From the NCBI GenBank assembly GCA_963782055.1, contig CAWAIF010000003.1, forward strand, positions 1,632,001 to 1,696,000: 64,000 nucleotides of DNA, in the 5' to 3' direction. The notes beneath the pieces are model-generated. The model saw only the letters and a program-made list of their open reading frames with translations, did no database searches and was not told the DNA's origin. This DNA comes from an uncultured delta proteobacterium. GTDB lineage: Bacteria; Myxococcota_A; Polyangia; Polyangiales; Polyangiaceae. Position numbers and translations under genes: made by a program. Shown here piece by piece: positions 1 through 9,118 of the stretch (position 1 is the stretch's first letter; each line of letters begins with the position of its first letter).

Positions 1-1
1 C

Positions 2-637
2 AACTGCGGCGTGGCGTGCACGGGCGGGAGTGTCTGCTTCGAGGGCGCGTGCGTCTCGAGCTGCGGCAAGGAAGGCACGCTGTGCACCGTGGGCGACGCG
101 GACTCGTACTGCGCGAACACCGACAGCGACACCAAGAACTGCGGCCAGTGCGCCAACGAGTGCGGCCCGGGGCAGGCGTGCCTGGCCGGGCTGTGCACCG
201 ACAACTGCGGCCCGGGCTCGACGCTGTGCAACGCCGCGGACGCGGGGGCGGACGGGGGCGAGCCGTACTGCGCGCAGACGCAGGCGGACAACGCCAACTG
301 CGGCGGCTGCGGGGTCGCGTGCACGGGCGGTCAGGTCTGCGACAACGGCAGCTGCGGGACCAACTGCGGTGGCTCGGAGGTGCTCTGCGCGCCGGACGGC
401 GGGCTGCCGTACTGCGCGGCGACACAGACGGACAACGCCAACTGCGGGAGCTGCGGGAAGGTGTGCCCGCAGGGGCAGGCGTGCCAGTCGGGCACGTGCA
501 AGGTGGTGTGTCAGGGCGGGCTGTCGGCGTGCGGTAACGCGTGCGTGGACACCAAGACGAGTCGCGACAACTGCGGGGGTTGCGGGAAGGTCTGCGCCTC
601 GACGTCCACCTCGTGCGTCAACGGGGTGTGCCAGTGA
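2..637 (+). CDS. Cys-rich repeat protein (myxobacterial DxxNCGxCGxxC repeats), 5'-truncated by the window edge
   Basis: Open frame from base 2; repeated (D)xxNCGxCGxxC...C motifs; stop TGA overlaps the next GTG (GTGA at 634-637). Confidence 0.85.
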   Translation, partial: NCGVACTGGSVCFEGACVSSCGKEGTLCTVGDADSYCANTDSDTKNCGQCANECGPGQACLAGLCTDNCGPGSTLCNAADAGADGGEPYCAQTQADNANCGGCGVACTGGQVCDNGSCGTNCGGSEVLCAPDGGLPYCAATQTDNANCGSCGKVCPQGQACQSGTCKVVCQGGLSACGNACVDTKTSRDNCGGCGKVCASTSTSCVNGVCQ

Positions 638-2040
638 AGCTCACGGTAGGGCTCGCGGCGCGGGTGGCGGCGGCGGTGGCGGCGGCGGCGACGCTGGCGG
701 TCATCGGGTGCTCCAGCGACACGGTGACGCCGCCCAAGACGTGCGCGACGGGCGAGACGCTGTGCGGGGACAACTGCGCGGAGACGGCGGCGGACCCGGA
801 CAACTGCGGGGCGTGCGGCAACGCGTGTCAGGCGGGGGAGGTGTGCTCGCAGGGCGCGTGCGCGAAGACGTGCGCGGGCGGCTCGACGCAGTGCGGGCAG
901 TCGTGCTTCGACCTGAACGTGCACCCGAAGAACTGCGGGGCGTGCGGCAAGGCGTGCAACGCCGGGGAGGTGTGCTCGGCGGGCACGTGCGTGGCGCAGT
1001 GCCCGGCGTCGCAGACGCTGTGCGTGGGAGACGCGGGCGCGGTCTCGTGCGTCAACGAGCAGAACGACAGCGCCAACTGCGGCACGTGCGGCAACGCGTG
1101 CGAGGCGGGCAAGGTGTGCACCGGCGGGCAGTGCGAGGACTCGTGCGGCGCGGGCGAGACGCTCTGCGCGGGCGACGCCGGGACGCCGTCGTGCGCGGCG
1201 ACGCAGACCGACAGCGCCAACTGCGGCACGTGCGGCCACACGTGCACCAACGGGCTGGTGTGCTCCGGCGGGCAGTGCGTGGCCAACTGCGGCCCGAACG
1301 AGGTGCTCTGCGGGGGCGACGGCGGCGCGCCCTACTGCGCCAGGACCGACACCGACAACGCCAACTGCGGCGGCTGCGGCACCCCCTGCGGCCAGGGCCT
1401 GCTCTGCGCCGCCGGCCAGTGCGTCTCGCAGTGCTCGCAGGGCTACTCCAGGTGCGGAAACGAGTGCGTGGACCTCAACGGCGACCGCGACCACTGCGGC
1501 AACTGCTCCACCACCTGCAGCGGCTCCACCCCCTACTGCGTCAACGGCACCTGCGGCTCCGCCAGCGGGACGGTCACCGACGCCAACGGGATCGTCTCGC
1601 CGGTGCTCTACGTCAAGTGCGGCAACGGGACGAACACCAACTGCACGGAGGCCGTCGCCGAGGCGTCGTGCACCAACGTGGGCAAGAAGCTGGTGAGCCA
1701 CGCGTCGGACGGCACGAGCGGCGTCGTCTCCCTCGGCGCGACGACCTCCTGCCACTGGTCGGTGTCGTATTTCACCAACACCGACCCGCAGGTGGCCGGG
1801 CAGTGCCTCATCGCGATGTCCAACGTGAAGTGGACCAGCTGCTGCGGCCTCACCCAGTGGCACGGCAACGTGCTGTCCGTCCCGGGCTCGCTCGGCCAGC
1901 AGTTCGGCTACGTCTACTCCACCGACAGCGGCTACAACGCCAACCTCTCCAACGTCTCGGGCTCGACGTGGGGCTGCCAGGCGCTGACCACCACCCCGCC
2001 GTCGAGCGGCTGCACGACGTACTTCGTCGCCTGCAAGTGA
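634..2040 (+). CDS. Cys-rich repeat lipoprotein with a non-repeat C-terminal domain
   Basis: GTG start coupled to the upstream stop; signal peptide with lipobox VIGC; six NCGxC(G/S) repeats; distinct Cys/Trp/Tyr-rich C-terminal domain. Confidence 0.85.
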   Translation: MKLTVGLAARVAAAVAAAATLAVIGCSSDTVTPPKTCATGETLCGDNCAETAADPDNCGACGNACQAGEVCSQGACAKTCAGGSTQCGQSCFDLNVHPKNCGACGKACNAGEVCSAGTCVAQCPASQTLCVGDAGAVSCVNEQNDSANCGTCGNACEAGKVCTGGQCEDSCGAGETLCAGDAGTPSCAATQTDSANCGTCGHTCTNGLVCSGGQCVANCGPNEVLCGGDGGAPYCARTDTDNANCGGCGTPCGQGLLCAAGQCVSQCSQGYSRCGNECVDLNGDRDHCGNCSTTCSGSTPYCVNGTCGSASGTVTDANGIVSPVLYVKCGNGTNTNCTEAVAEASCTNVGKKLVSHASDGTSGVVSLGATTSCHWSVSYFTNTDPQVAGQCLIAMSNVKWTSCCGLTQWHGNVLSVPGSLGQQFGYVYSTDSGYNANLSNVSGSTWGCQALTTTPPSSGCTTYFVACK

Positions 2041-2049
2041 GGGCGCCCT

Positions 2050-2754
2050 CTACCTGGGCAGCAGCGAGAGGAGCGTCGCCGCCGTCGTGACGCCCACGTG
2101 CTGCGCCACCGGCTTGCCGCCGGCGAAGGCGATGACCGTGGGCACGCCGCGGATGGCGTACTCCCTGGCGATCTCCGGCGCGTCGTCGATGTCCACCTTG
2201 ACCACGGCGTACTTGCCGGCAGCCTTGCCGGCGAGCTCGTCCAGCACGGGGGTCAGCAGCTTGCACGGGCTGCACCATGACGCCGTAAACTCGGCGAGCA
2301 CGGGGCAGGACGACTCGAGCACCCGCTTCTGGAACTCGTGCGCGTCGACGTAGGGCACCGCCTGCTCGCCGAACGCCATGCGCGCCACCTCCGCCACGGT
2401 GAAGCCGGCGAGCCCGGCGTGGAGGTCGCCGTCGCCCGCCTTCGCCATGACCGCCTCTAGCGTGGCGCGCATGGTGGCCTTCCCGCCGGTCGCGGCACTC
2501 GGCCCCTCCGGCTCCAGGGCGTCGTGGACCTGTTGCAGGCTGATTTCCTGCGCCGGACGCGCCAGATGGTAGCCGCCCCCGTGGGTGTCCCTGGCCTCGA
2601 CGAGGCCGGCGCGCACCAGCGTACGCATCAGGGAGCGGAGGAAGCTCGGGGCGGTGTTCAGCCCCTCGGCCAGGGCATCGATGGGGGCGCCCCCACCGTC
2701 GTGAGCAAGCACCGCGAGGGCGTGGACGGCGATGGCGAACTGGCTGGTGCTCAT
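2050..2754 (-). CDS. Rrf2-family wHTH regulator fused to a thioredoxin domain
   Basis: N-term FAIAVHAL...L.RAGLV....GGGYHLARPAQEISL (Rrf2); C-term EFTASWCSPCK...IRGVPT (thioredoxin, CxxC plus cis-Pro). Confidence 0.9.
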   Translation of the reverse strand: MSTSQFAIAVHALAVLAHDGGGAPIDALAEGLNTAPSFLRSLMRTLVRAGLVEARDTHGGGYHLARPAQEISLQQVHDALEPEGPSAATGGKATMRATLEAVMAKAGDGDLHAGLAGFTVAEVARMAFGEQAVPYVDAHEFQKRVLESSCPVLAEFTASWCSPCKLLTPVLDELAGKAAGKYAVVKVDIDDAPEIAREYAIRGVPTVIAFAGGKPVAQHVGVTTAATLLSLLPR

Positions 2755-2811
2755 GGCTCATCTCTACGCCCGCGCCGCACCGTGTCAACGGGCCGCCCCC
2801 TTGCGGATGGG

Positions 2812-2866
2812 CCTCCACAGATCTGCGGAGGACCTCCATCGATCTGCCAGGGCACCATAGATATGC
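2812..2866. promoter_or_regulatory. Three imperfect direct repeats (CCAYMGATMTGC) in the divergent promoter region, candidate operator
   Basis: CCACAGATCTGC 2815-2826, CCATCGATCTGC 2836-2847, CCATAGATATGC 2855-2866; a TTGACA for the minus-strand gene lies at 2783-2788. Confidence 0.5.
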
Positions 2867-2979
2867 GAGACGCCAGCCGGCTTCCGGGCTAGAACGGCAA
2901 TCGCTGCGCGCCCCGAGCCTCGCAGAAACCCAAGGCATGGCTCGGTGCTGCTGCGATCACGGACTCAAGAGGCACGCGC

Positions 2980-4014
2980 ATGGACATTCTCAAGGCCCTC
3001 AATCACCAGGCCGATTACTCCAAGACCCAGCTCCAGCTCATCCTGGGAGCGTGGGTGCTGACCACCCTCGTGGAGAAGAAGAACAAGATCTCGCTCGCCG
3101 ACGGCAACGTCTCCGAGGACGACTACCACAAGCAGTCGATCTACTCGCTGCTCTACGCCCTGTACCGATCCATGGGCGAGGTGCGCAGCGACACCGGCCA
3201 GCGGTACGAGTTCACCTTCAACACGTGGGGCTATGCCTGGCCGAAGTCGTGGGGAGAGTGCCCGAACAGCGCGACGGATCCGCAGCGCTACGGCAAGAAC
3301 GCCTACAGCGGCCTGTACCACTTCGAAGACGTGAAGAAGTACGTCGAGGAGCGCGACGGCAAGGTGCACGTCGTGGAGATGGGGTGCGGCACCGGCGCCG
3401 GCGCGCACCACGTCGCCTCCAAGGTCCTGCCGAAGTGCACGTACGAGGCGGTGGACATGCAGAACGCCGCCATCCAGACGTGTCGCCGCAAGTTCGTGCC
3501 GGAGCTGGGCGGCCGCCTGAAGGCCACGTGCTCCGACGCCACGCGCCTGACCAACAGGGACGGCGAGGCGGACTTCGTCGCCGTCAACGAGACGCACGTC
3601 ACCGAGCAGCCCGGCGTCATCACCGAGGAGGACGAGCGCTTCTTCGAGACGGCGCGGCGCCTGCTCAAGCCGGGTGGCTACCTGGTGTGGGGCAACGCCA
3701 TCCCCGACAGCACCTGGAAGCCGTGCTTCGACTACCTGGAGTCCATCGGCATGAAGGTCCGGCAGGTGGACGACGTCACGTCGGAGGCCGTTCAGGCGCG
3801 CGACGAGGACAAGGCCCGCCTCGACACCTACGTCGACCAGTGCATCGACGCCTTCTTCGGCTTCCGGATCCCGGTGCTGGGCAACAAGAAGCGCGTGGAG
3901 GCGGAGGTCGCCCTCAAGAACTTCGGCCGCAACCCCGGCACGCGGCTCTACGAGAACATGGTCGACCGCACCGACACCTACCGCGTCGCGCTCGTCCAGA
4001 AGATCGCCGATTGA
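2980..4014 (+). CDS. Class I SAM-dependent methyltransferase (resembles mycobacterial lipid O-methyltransferases)
   Basis: Motif I VVEMGCGTGAG, YEAVDM, LLKPGGYL; N-terminal FNTWGY; SD-like AAGAGG upstream. Confidence 0.85.
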   Translation: MDILKALNHQADYSKTQLQLILGAWVLTTLVEKKNKISLADGNVSEDDYHKQSIYSLLYALYRSMGEVRSDTGQRYEFTFNTWGYAWPKSWGECPNSATDPQRYGKNAYSGLYHFEDVKKYVEERDGKVHVVEMGCGTGAGAHHVASKVLPKCTYEAVDMQNAAIQTCRRKFVPELGGRLKATCSDATRLTNRDGEADFVAVNETHVTEQPGVITEEDERFFETARRLLKPGGYLVWGNAIPDSTWKPCFDYLESIGMKVRQVDDVTSEAVQARDEDKARLDTYVDQCIDAFFGFRIPVLGNKKRVEAEVALKNFGRNPGTRLYENMVDRTDTYRVALVQKIAD

Positions 4015-4071
4015 CGAGGGGCGGTACGCGCCGCCCCTCCCCGCCGAGGGTCGCCTGGTCGTTGCAAGCGC

Positions 4072-5376
4072 TCACGGATTCGAGATGAGCAGCGGCAGGT
4101 AGTGCTTCGTCGCGCCGAGGGTGCTGATGACCGTCAGCATCTCCGCCTTGATGGGGCCTTCCTGCTTCACCGTCACGCTCAAGAACGTCTTCTCGCCGTT
4201 CTGCCCGCTCGTCTTGTTCGGGTCGATCGACAGGGTGAGGCGGCCGGTGACCGGCTGCACCAGCGGGTTGGACTCGGCGACCGTCACCGTCCACGGGCCG
4301 GCCGCCGCGTCGCTGTAGAAGCCGAGCGGGATCTGGATCGTCTCGCCCAGCTTGGCGGCGTACCCCTTCGTCTTGAAGGTGGACGACGCGCCGAGCTGTG
4401 AGAGGTCCACGATGATGTCCTGCATCTCCAGCGGCGCCATGTTGAAGTACGCCCCGGCGTAGGGCTGGCACGGCGAGTGTCCGAGCGGGCCCTGCTTGTT
4501 GGACCACAGCCGCTGCACCGCGTACGGGAACGGCTGCGGCTCGGTGTAGTACGAGTCCTTGAAGAACTCGCAGGCGTCGCCGTTCTCGTCGTTGCTCCGC
4601 TGCCAGAGGTCGAAGACCAGGTACGGGTCGTCGAAGCCGACGAGCCCCGCGCCCGCCCCGGGGTGAGGATCGGTCGACGCCTCGCCCAGCTCGTGGCTGG
4701 CGGCGGCGGTCACGCCCGAGTCGCTCCCGCAGCGGGGCAGCACGGCGTACGCCACCTGCGAGCCGTTGTTGGAGAAGCTGTCGTGGTAGCCGCCGATGCC
4801 GGCCTGGCAGGCGTTCTGCTTGTTGAAGAGCAGCGTCGTCGACTTGGACAGGTACACGACGTAGATGGTCTGCGACGTGGCCGCGGGCAGCAGGGTGCCC
4901 ACGTTCGTCTTGATGAAGTTCTGGATGTCGCTGTCGCTCATCTGCGCCGGCGGCGCCGTCGAGACGTGCACGTGGTTGCTCGGTCCGCTCGTCGCGGCGC
5001 CGACGCCGTACTCGCCCACAGCGGCCGACCAGTAGGAGGACGTGCCGATCCCGTCGCCGAAGCCCTCGAACAGGCTCCGGGAGCCGTCGCCGTCCCAGGT
5101 GATCGTCACGATGACCGGCGCGGTGAGCATCGCGCCGCCGTTCTTGGTGAGCTGACCCATGTACGGCGTGAAGGCCGGGTAGGTGTCGCTCGGCGCGCCG
5201 TACGGTCCGGCCTCCACCGGCGCCGCCTCGTCGGCGCCGGCGTCGCCGGGCAACGTCGTCGCCCCGTCGCCCGTGCCGCCGCCGCCGTCGACGTCCAGGT
5301 TGAGGTTGGGGTCCGAGCCCCCGCACGCGAGGGAGAGTCCCGCGATGCCCGCCACGAAGAACCAGTGCAGCCTCAT
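4072..5376 (-). CDS. Lipoprotein with a PHI-1/EXORDIUM-like domain
   Basis: GGAAGGAG SD before ATG 5376; lipobox SLAC; motifs GYH, SHELGEASTDP, ENGDAC, VQRLWSN. Confidence 0.7.
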   Translation of the reverse strand: MRLHWFFVAGIAGLSLACGGSDPNLNLDVDGGGGTGDGATTLPGDAGADEAAPVEAGPYGAPSDTYPAFTPYMGQLTKNGGAMLTAPVIVTITWDGDGSRSLFEGFGDGIGTSSYWSAAVGEYGVGAATSGPSNHVHVSTAPPAQMSDSDIQNFIKTNVGTLLPAATSQTIYVVYLSKSTTLLFNKQNACQAGIGGYHDSFSNNGSQVAYAVLPRCGSDSGVTAAASHELGEASTDPHPGAGAGLVGFDDPYLVFDLWQRSNDENGDACEFFKDSYYTEPQPFPYAVQRLWSNKQGPLGHSPCQPYAGAYFNMAPLEMQDIIVDLSQLGASSTFKTKGYAAKLGETIQIPLGFYSDAAAGPWTVTVAESNPLVQPVTGRLTLSIDPNKTSGQNGEKTFLSVTVKQEGPIKAEMLTVISTLGATKHYLPLLISNP

Positions 5377-5627
5377 CCTCGCTCCTTCCGGCGCACACAC
5401 TGGCAAAGTCGTCGCGCGCCGCCCACTCTCGCGCGCGTCTCCGCCGTAGTTAGGTGGGAGCTGCCCCTACGAACGTGGCGGCGGAGCGGAAAATTGCGCT
5501 AGGCACGCAGCCCTTCACGCATGTCCTTCTCGCAGCGGACCGACGACGCCAACCGCGGCGGTGCGGGACGGTGCGCGGTCGCGTGCCCCGCCGGCATGAG
5601 GCCGCGGAGGGAGTAGACTCACGGACC

Positions 5628-6725
5628 ATGTCCGACATCGTCCTCGGCGCGCGGCCCCTCGGCTTCCCGTGGGAGACCGCCAATCCGTTCCTCTTCTGCG
5701 TGCACCACGACGACGCCTACCCGGCGGGCAACGAGAAGCTCGGGCCGGCGGCGTCGCTCGCGGGCCGGCGCATCGGCCAGGACTTCGAGGGCAAGGACGG
5801 CTGGCGGATGTACCACGGAGAGGTGGTGCCCGGCTTCCCGCAGCACCCGCACCGCGGCTTCGAGACGGTGACCATCGCGCGGCGCGGCTTCATCGATCAC
5901 TCCGACTCGCTCGGGGCGACCGCGCGCTTCGGCCGCGGCGACGTGCAGTGGCTCACCGCCGGCAGCGGCATCGTCCACGCCGAGATGTTCCCTCTGCTGG
6001 AGCGCGACGCCCCCAACCCGGTGGAGCTCTTCCAGATCTGGCTCAACCTCCCGGCCGAGGACAAGCTGGTGGAGCCGCACTTCGCCATGCTCTGGAGCGG
6101 CGACATCCCGCGCTGCGTCTTCACCGACGACGCCGGCCGCACCACCGAGGTCACCGTCGTGGCGGGCACCCTGGACGGACGCCGCGCGCCGCCTCCGCCC
6201 CCGCGCTCGTGGGCGTCGCGGCCCGACTCGGAGGTCGCCATCTGGTGCATCCGGATGCAGCCCGGCGCGCGCTGGACGATGCCGCCGGCGGCGACCAATC
6301 GCACCCGCCGCACTCTCTTCTTCTTCGCCGGGCCCTCCCTCCGCGTGGGCGACGTGACCCAGCGATCCCACGCGGCCCTCTCGGTGCGCGCGGGCCGCGA
6401 GCTCTCGCTCGAAGCGGGCGAGGGCGAGTGCGAGATGCTCCTTCTGCAGGGCCGTCCCATCGGCGAGCCCGTCGTGCAGTACGGGCCCTTCGTCATGAAC
6501 ACGCGCGCGGAGATCGAGCGCGCGGTCCTCGACTACCGCCGCACCCGCTTCGGTGGCTGGCCCTGGCCGAAGGACGATCCGGTGCACGGCCGCGACGCGC
6601 GCTTCGCGCGGCACGCCGATGGCAAGGTGGAGCGCCCCGGCGGCGAGTCACTGCAGGCGCAGGAGCCCGTAGGGGAGGGGATAGCCGGTGACGCCGGCCA
6701 CGGTGGGCAGCGCGCGTCGGGGTGA
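5628..6725 (+). CDS. Pirin family protein
   Basis: GFPQHPHRGFETVT, WLTAGSGIVHAEM, FQIWLNLP, YGPFVMNT. Confidence 0.93.
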   Translation: MSDIVLGARPLGFPWETANPFLFCVHHDDAYPAGNEKLGPAASLAGRRIGQDFEGKDGWRMYHGEVVPGFPQHPHRGFETVTIARRGFIDHSDSLGATARFGRGDVQWLTAGSGIVHAEMFPLLERDAPNPVELFQIWLNLPAEDKLVEPHFAMLWSGDIPRCVFTDDAGRTTEVTVVAGTLDGRRAPPPPPRSWASRPDSEVAIWCIRMQPGARWTMPPAATNRTRRTLFFFAGPSLRVGDVTQRSHAALSVRAGRELSLEAGEGECEMLLLQGRPIGEPVVQYGPFVMNTRAEIERAVLDYRRTRFGGWPWPKDDPVHGRDARFARHADGKVERPGGESLQAQEPVGEGIAGDAGHGGQRASG

Positions 6726-7578
6726 GACCTGCACCATGTGAGCCTCGGGCGCGCGGGCGCCCAGCGCCGTGGCGCTCGCGGGCGTCGCGTACTGCCGGGC
6801 GACGCCGAGCGCCGCGTTGTCCAGGGCGTGGCGGATGTAGCGAGGCGCGATGTTCAGGCTCGCGGGCGGCGGTCCCCCCACCAGGAACTGACCAAGCGGC
6901 CCGGGGGGCGGTGGTGAGGTGTCGTTCAAAAACGGTGCGGTGTGCAGGGCGATGAACCGACCGGCGTCGCCCGACACCACCCACGGGGAGAGGTCGGCGC
7001 GAAACAGAATCGCCAGCCGCGCAGAAGACGAAGGGCGCCACGGGCGAGGGGTTCGTCGCCACGGCGAGGTCGCCCTCCCAGATCCAGCCCGGCGGGCGCG
7101 GCGCCCAGCCGACATAGCCCTGGCCCGTGCGCCAGACCACCCAGGAGTCGGCGTACGTCCGCCCGGCGACCCACACCCACCCGCGCCCTTGCGACCACAC
7201 CCACCGCCCGTAGTGGAAGGGGACGTGGCCCCAGGAGAAGTCGCTGATCCACACGTAGCCCGTCTGGTACGCCCAGTGACCCGACGTCAGGTACGGGACG
7301 AAGCCGCGGCCGACGACGTGGACGTCGGGTACCCACACGGTGCCCAGGGTGGCGTCGTCCACCCACGATCCGAAGTGCGCCAGCGTGGTGTTGAAGTCGG
7401 TGAGCGCGCCGGGGTCGGTGTCGGCGTACCGGTCGGGGCTCGCGTGGACCCACACATCGTGCAGCGGCTGAGCCAGCGGCGCGCTCAGGGTCTGCAGCGG
7501 CATGCCCTCGTCCAGGCAGCTGGTGACCATCACCAGGCCGGCGATCCGGATCGCGGTACGCAACAGGGCCAGGGCCAT
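6648..7578 (-). CDS. DUF6600-like Trp-rich (lipo)protein with an apparent +1 frameshift at about 7007-7011
   Basis: FVPYLTSGHW...WISDFSWGHVPFHYGRW...GYVGWAP; removing one base in GATTC joins ORF 6493..7578 to ORF 6648..7115 (FCAAGDLFRADL). Confidence 0.7.
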
Positions 7579-7590
7579 GACTCACGAGGA

Positions 7591-7606
7591 AGCGAAGTGC
7601 ATGCCT
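7591..7606 (-). promoter_or_regulatory. Possible sigma54 -24/-12 promoter
   Basis: Minus strand aGGcatgcacttcGCt (GG-N10-GC), 13 nt upstream of ATG 7578. Confidence 0.4.
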
Positions 7607-7840
7607 CACCGGGGGACCGAGAAAGCCGCCTCCTCCGCGCGCCGGCCGTGCACCGCGTGCGCCTGGCGCGACGGGCGTGCGTGCCGGCGCCGCGGCTCGC
7701 GCGCTCACGCGTCGATCACCCCGCGCGCGCCTGGCGCCGCTTGAAGTCGATGTCCCCGCACCGTGAGGGTGTCGCGCCGCGAAGTCCGCGGGCGAGCTCG
7801 GTGGTCGCCAGCCGCTGCGCGCCGGTGCACAATGCGCGTC

Positions 7841-8824
7841 ATGCGACTGCTCGCTCGCGTCGTGACCGTGGCGCTCGTCTTGACGCTGGCCCGGGCGGCG
7901 AGCGCCGGGCCGGTGGTGCTCAAGGTGGGGACCCTGGCGCCGCCCGACTCGCCGTGGGGGCAGGTCTTCAAGGTGTGGAAGCGCGCGGTGCACCAGCGCT
8001 CCGCCGGCTCGGTGGAGCTGCAGTTCTTCTGGAACGGCTCGCAGGGCGACGACCGCGCGATGGTCGGGAAGATCCGCACCGGTCAGCTCGACGGCGCGAC
8101 CCTCGCGGCCGCCGGCCTCGGCGAGATCGACAAGCAGGTGCTCGTCCTGCAGCTCCCCGGCCTCTTTCGCGACTGGAGCAAGCTGGACGCCGCGCGCGCC
8201 GACATGCAGCCTGGGTTCGACGCTGCCTTCGCGAGTCAGGGCTTCAAGGTGCTCGGCTGGGGCGACGTCGGCCGCGCGCACTCCATGAGCCGCGGCTTCG
8301 AGGTGCGCGTCCCCTCCGACGTGAAGCACCACCACGTCTTTTACCTCCCCGGCGATCCCATCGCCCCCGTCGTGTTCTCCCTCATCGGCGACGTGACGCC
8401 GCGGCAGGTGGCCGTGCCGGAGATCCTCCCCGGCCTGAGCAACGGCAGCATCGACATGCTCACCGCCCCGCCGCTGGTGGCCGAGCAGCTCCAGTGGGCG
8501 AGCCGGCTGGACACCCTCGGCGACGAGGTCGCCGGCATCGGCATCGGCGCGCTCGTCTTCTCCTCGGCGCGCTACGCCAGCGTCCCCGCCGACGCCAAGA
8601 CGTTCCTCCTGCAGACCGGGCGCGTCGCCAGCCTCGCGCTCACCCGGCGCATCCGCGCGGAGGACGACGCCGCGCTCCGCCGGCTGCAGGCGCGCATGCA
8701 CCACTACTCGCTGACGCCGGCGGAGAAGGCGCAGTGGGAGCGCCTCTTCGTCCAGACGGCGAAGCACCTGCGCGGGGCGGTCTTCGACGCGCGCATCTTC
8801 GACGAGGCCGTCCGGCACAGGTGA
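7841..8824 (+). CDS. dctP: TRAP transporter substrate-binding protein, DctP/TatP type
   Basis: Signal peptide; LKVGTLAPPDSPWG, GSQGDD, KIRTGQLDG, ILPGLSNGSID. Confidence 0.85.
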   Translation: MRLLARVVTVALVLTLARAASAGPVVLKVGTLAPPDSPWGQVFKVWKRAVHQRSAGSVELQFFWNGSQGDDRAMVGKIRTGQLDGATLAAAGLGEIDKQVLVLQLPGLFRDWSKLDAARADMQPGFDAAFASQGFKVLGWGDVGRAHSMSRGFEVRVPSDVKHHHVFYLPGDPIAPVVFSLIGDVTPRQVAVPEILPGLSNGSIDMLTAPPLVAEQLQWASRLDTLGDEVAGIGIGALVFSSARYASVPADAKTFLLQTGRVASLALTRRIRAEDDAALRRLQARMHHYSLTPAEKAQWERLFVQTAKHLRGAVFDARIFDEAVRHR

Positions 8825-8851
8825 CCGCGTCGAAGGACCGCGTCGACAAAG

Positions 8852-8880
8852 TGGATACGCCGCCGTGCCCTCGGTATGCT
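8852..8880 (+). promoter_or_regulatory. Sigma70-like promoter for a leaderless transcript
   Basis: TGGATA-N17-TATGCT, ending 6 nt before ATG 8887. Confidence 0.55.
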
Positions 8881-8886
8881 TCCCCC

Positions 8887-9114
8887 ATGGCGACGATCGA
8901 GTGTCCCTCGTGCGGCGGCTCCGGCGGCGGTCCCTTCGGCCCCGCGGGCAGCGCGTGGGACGACGAGGCGTACGTCTGCCCGCGCTGTCAGGGCGCCGGC
9001 AGGATCGCGGCGACGCCCGGCCTGCGGTCGATGCCCAGCCGTCCGCCGGTGGCCAAGGCCTCGCCCGCGCCCGCCGCCGCGAAGCCCGCCAAGAAGGCCG
9101 CGAGCGAGGACTGA
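8887..9114 (+). CDS. Small DnaJ-type zinc-finger protein (75 aa)
   Basis: CPSCGGSG and CPRCQGAG (two CxxCxGxG motifs), Ala/Pro/Lys tail. Confidence 0.75.
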   Translation: MATIECPSCGGSGGGPFGPAGSAWDDEAYVCPRCQGAGRIAATPGLRSMPSRPPVAKASPAPAAAKPAKKAASED

Positions 9115-9118
9115 CGGT

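Noticed and set aside
6648..6725. 78-bp convergent overlap of pirin and the DUF6600-like gene as a functional feature
   Set aside because: The pirin tail in the overlap is non-conserved-looking; stop-codon drift at high GC explains it
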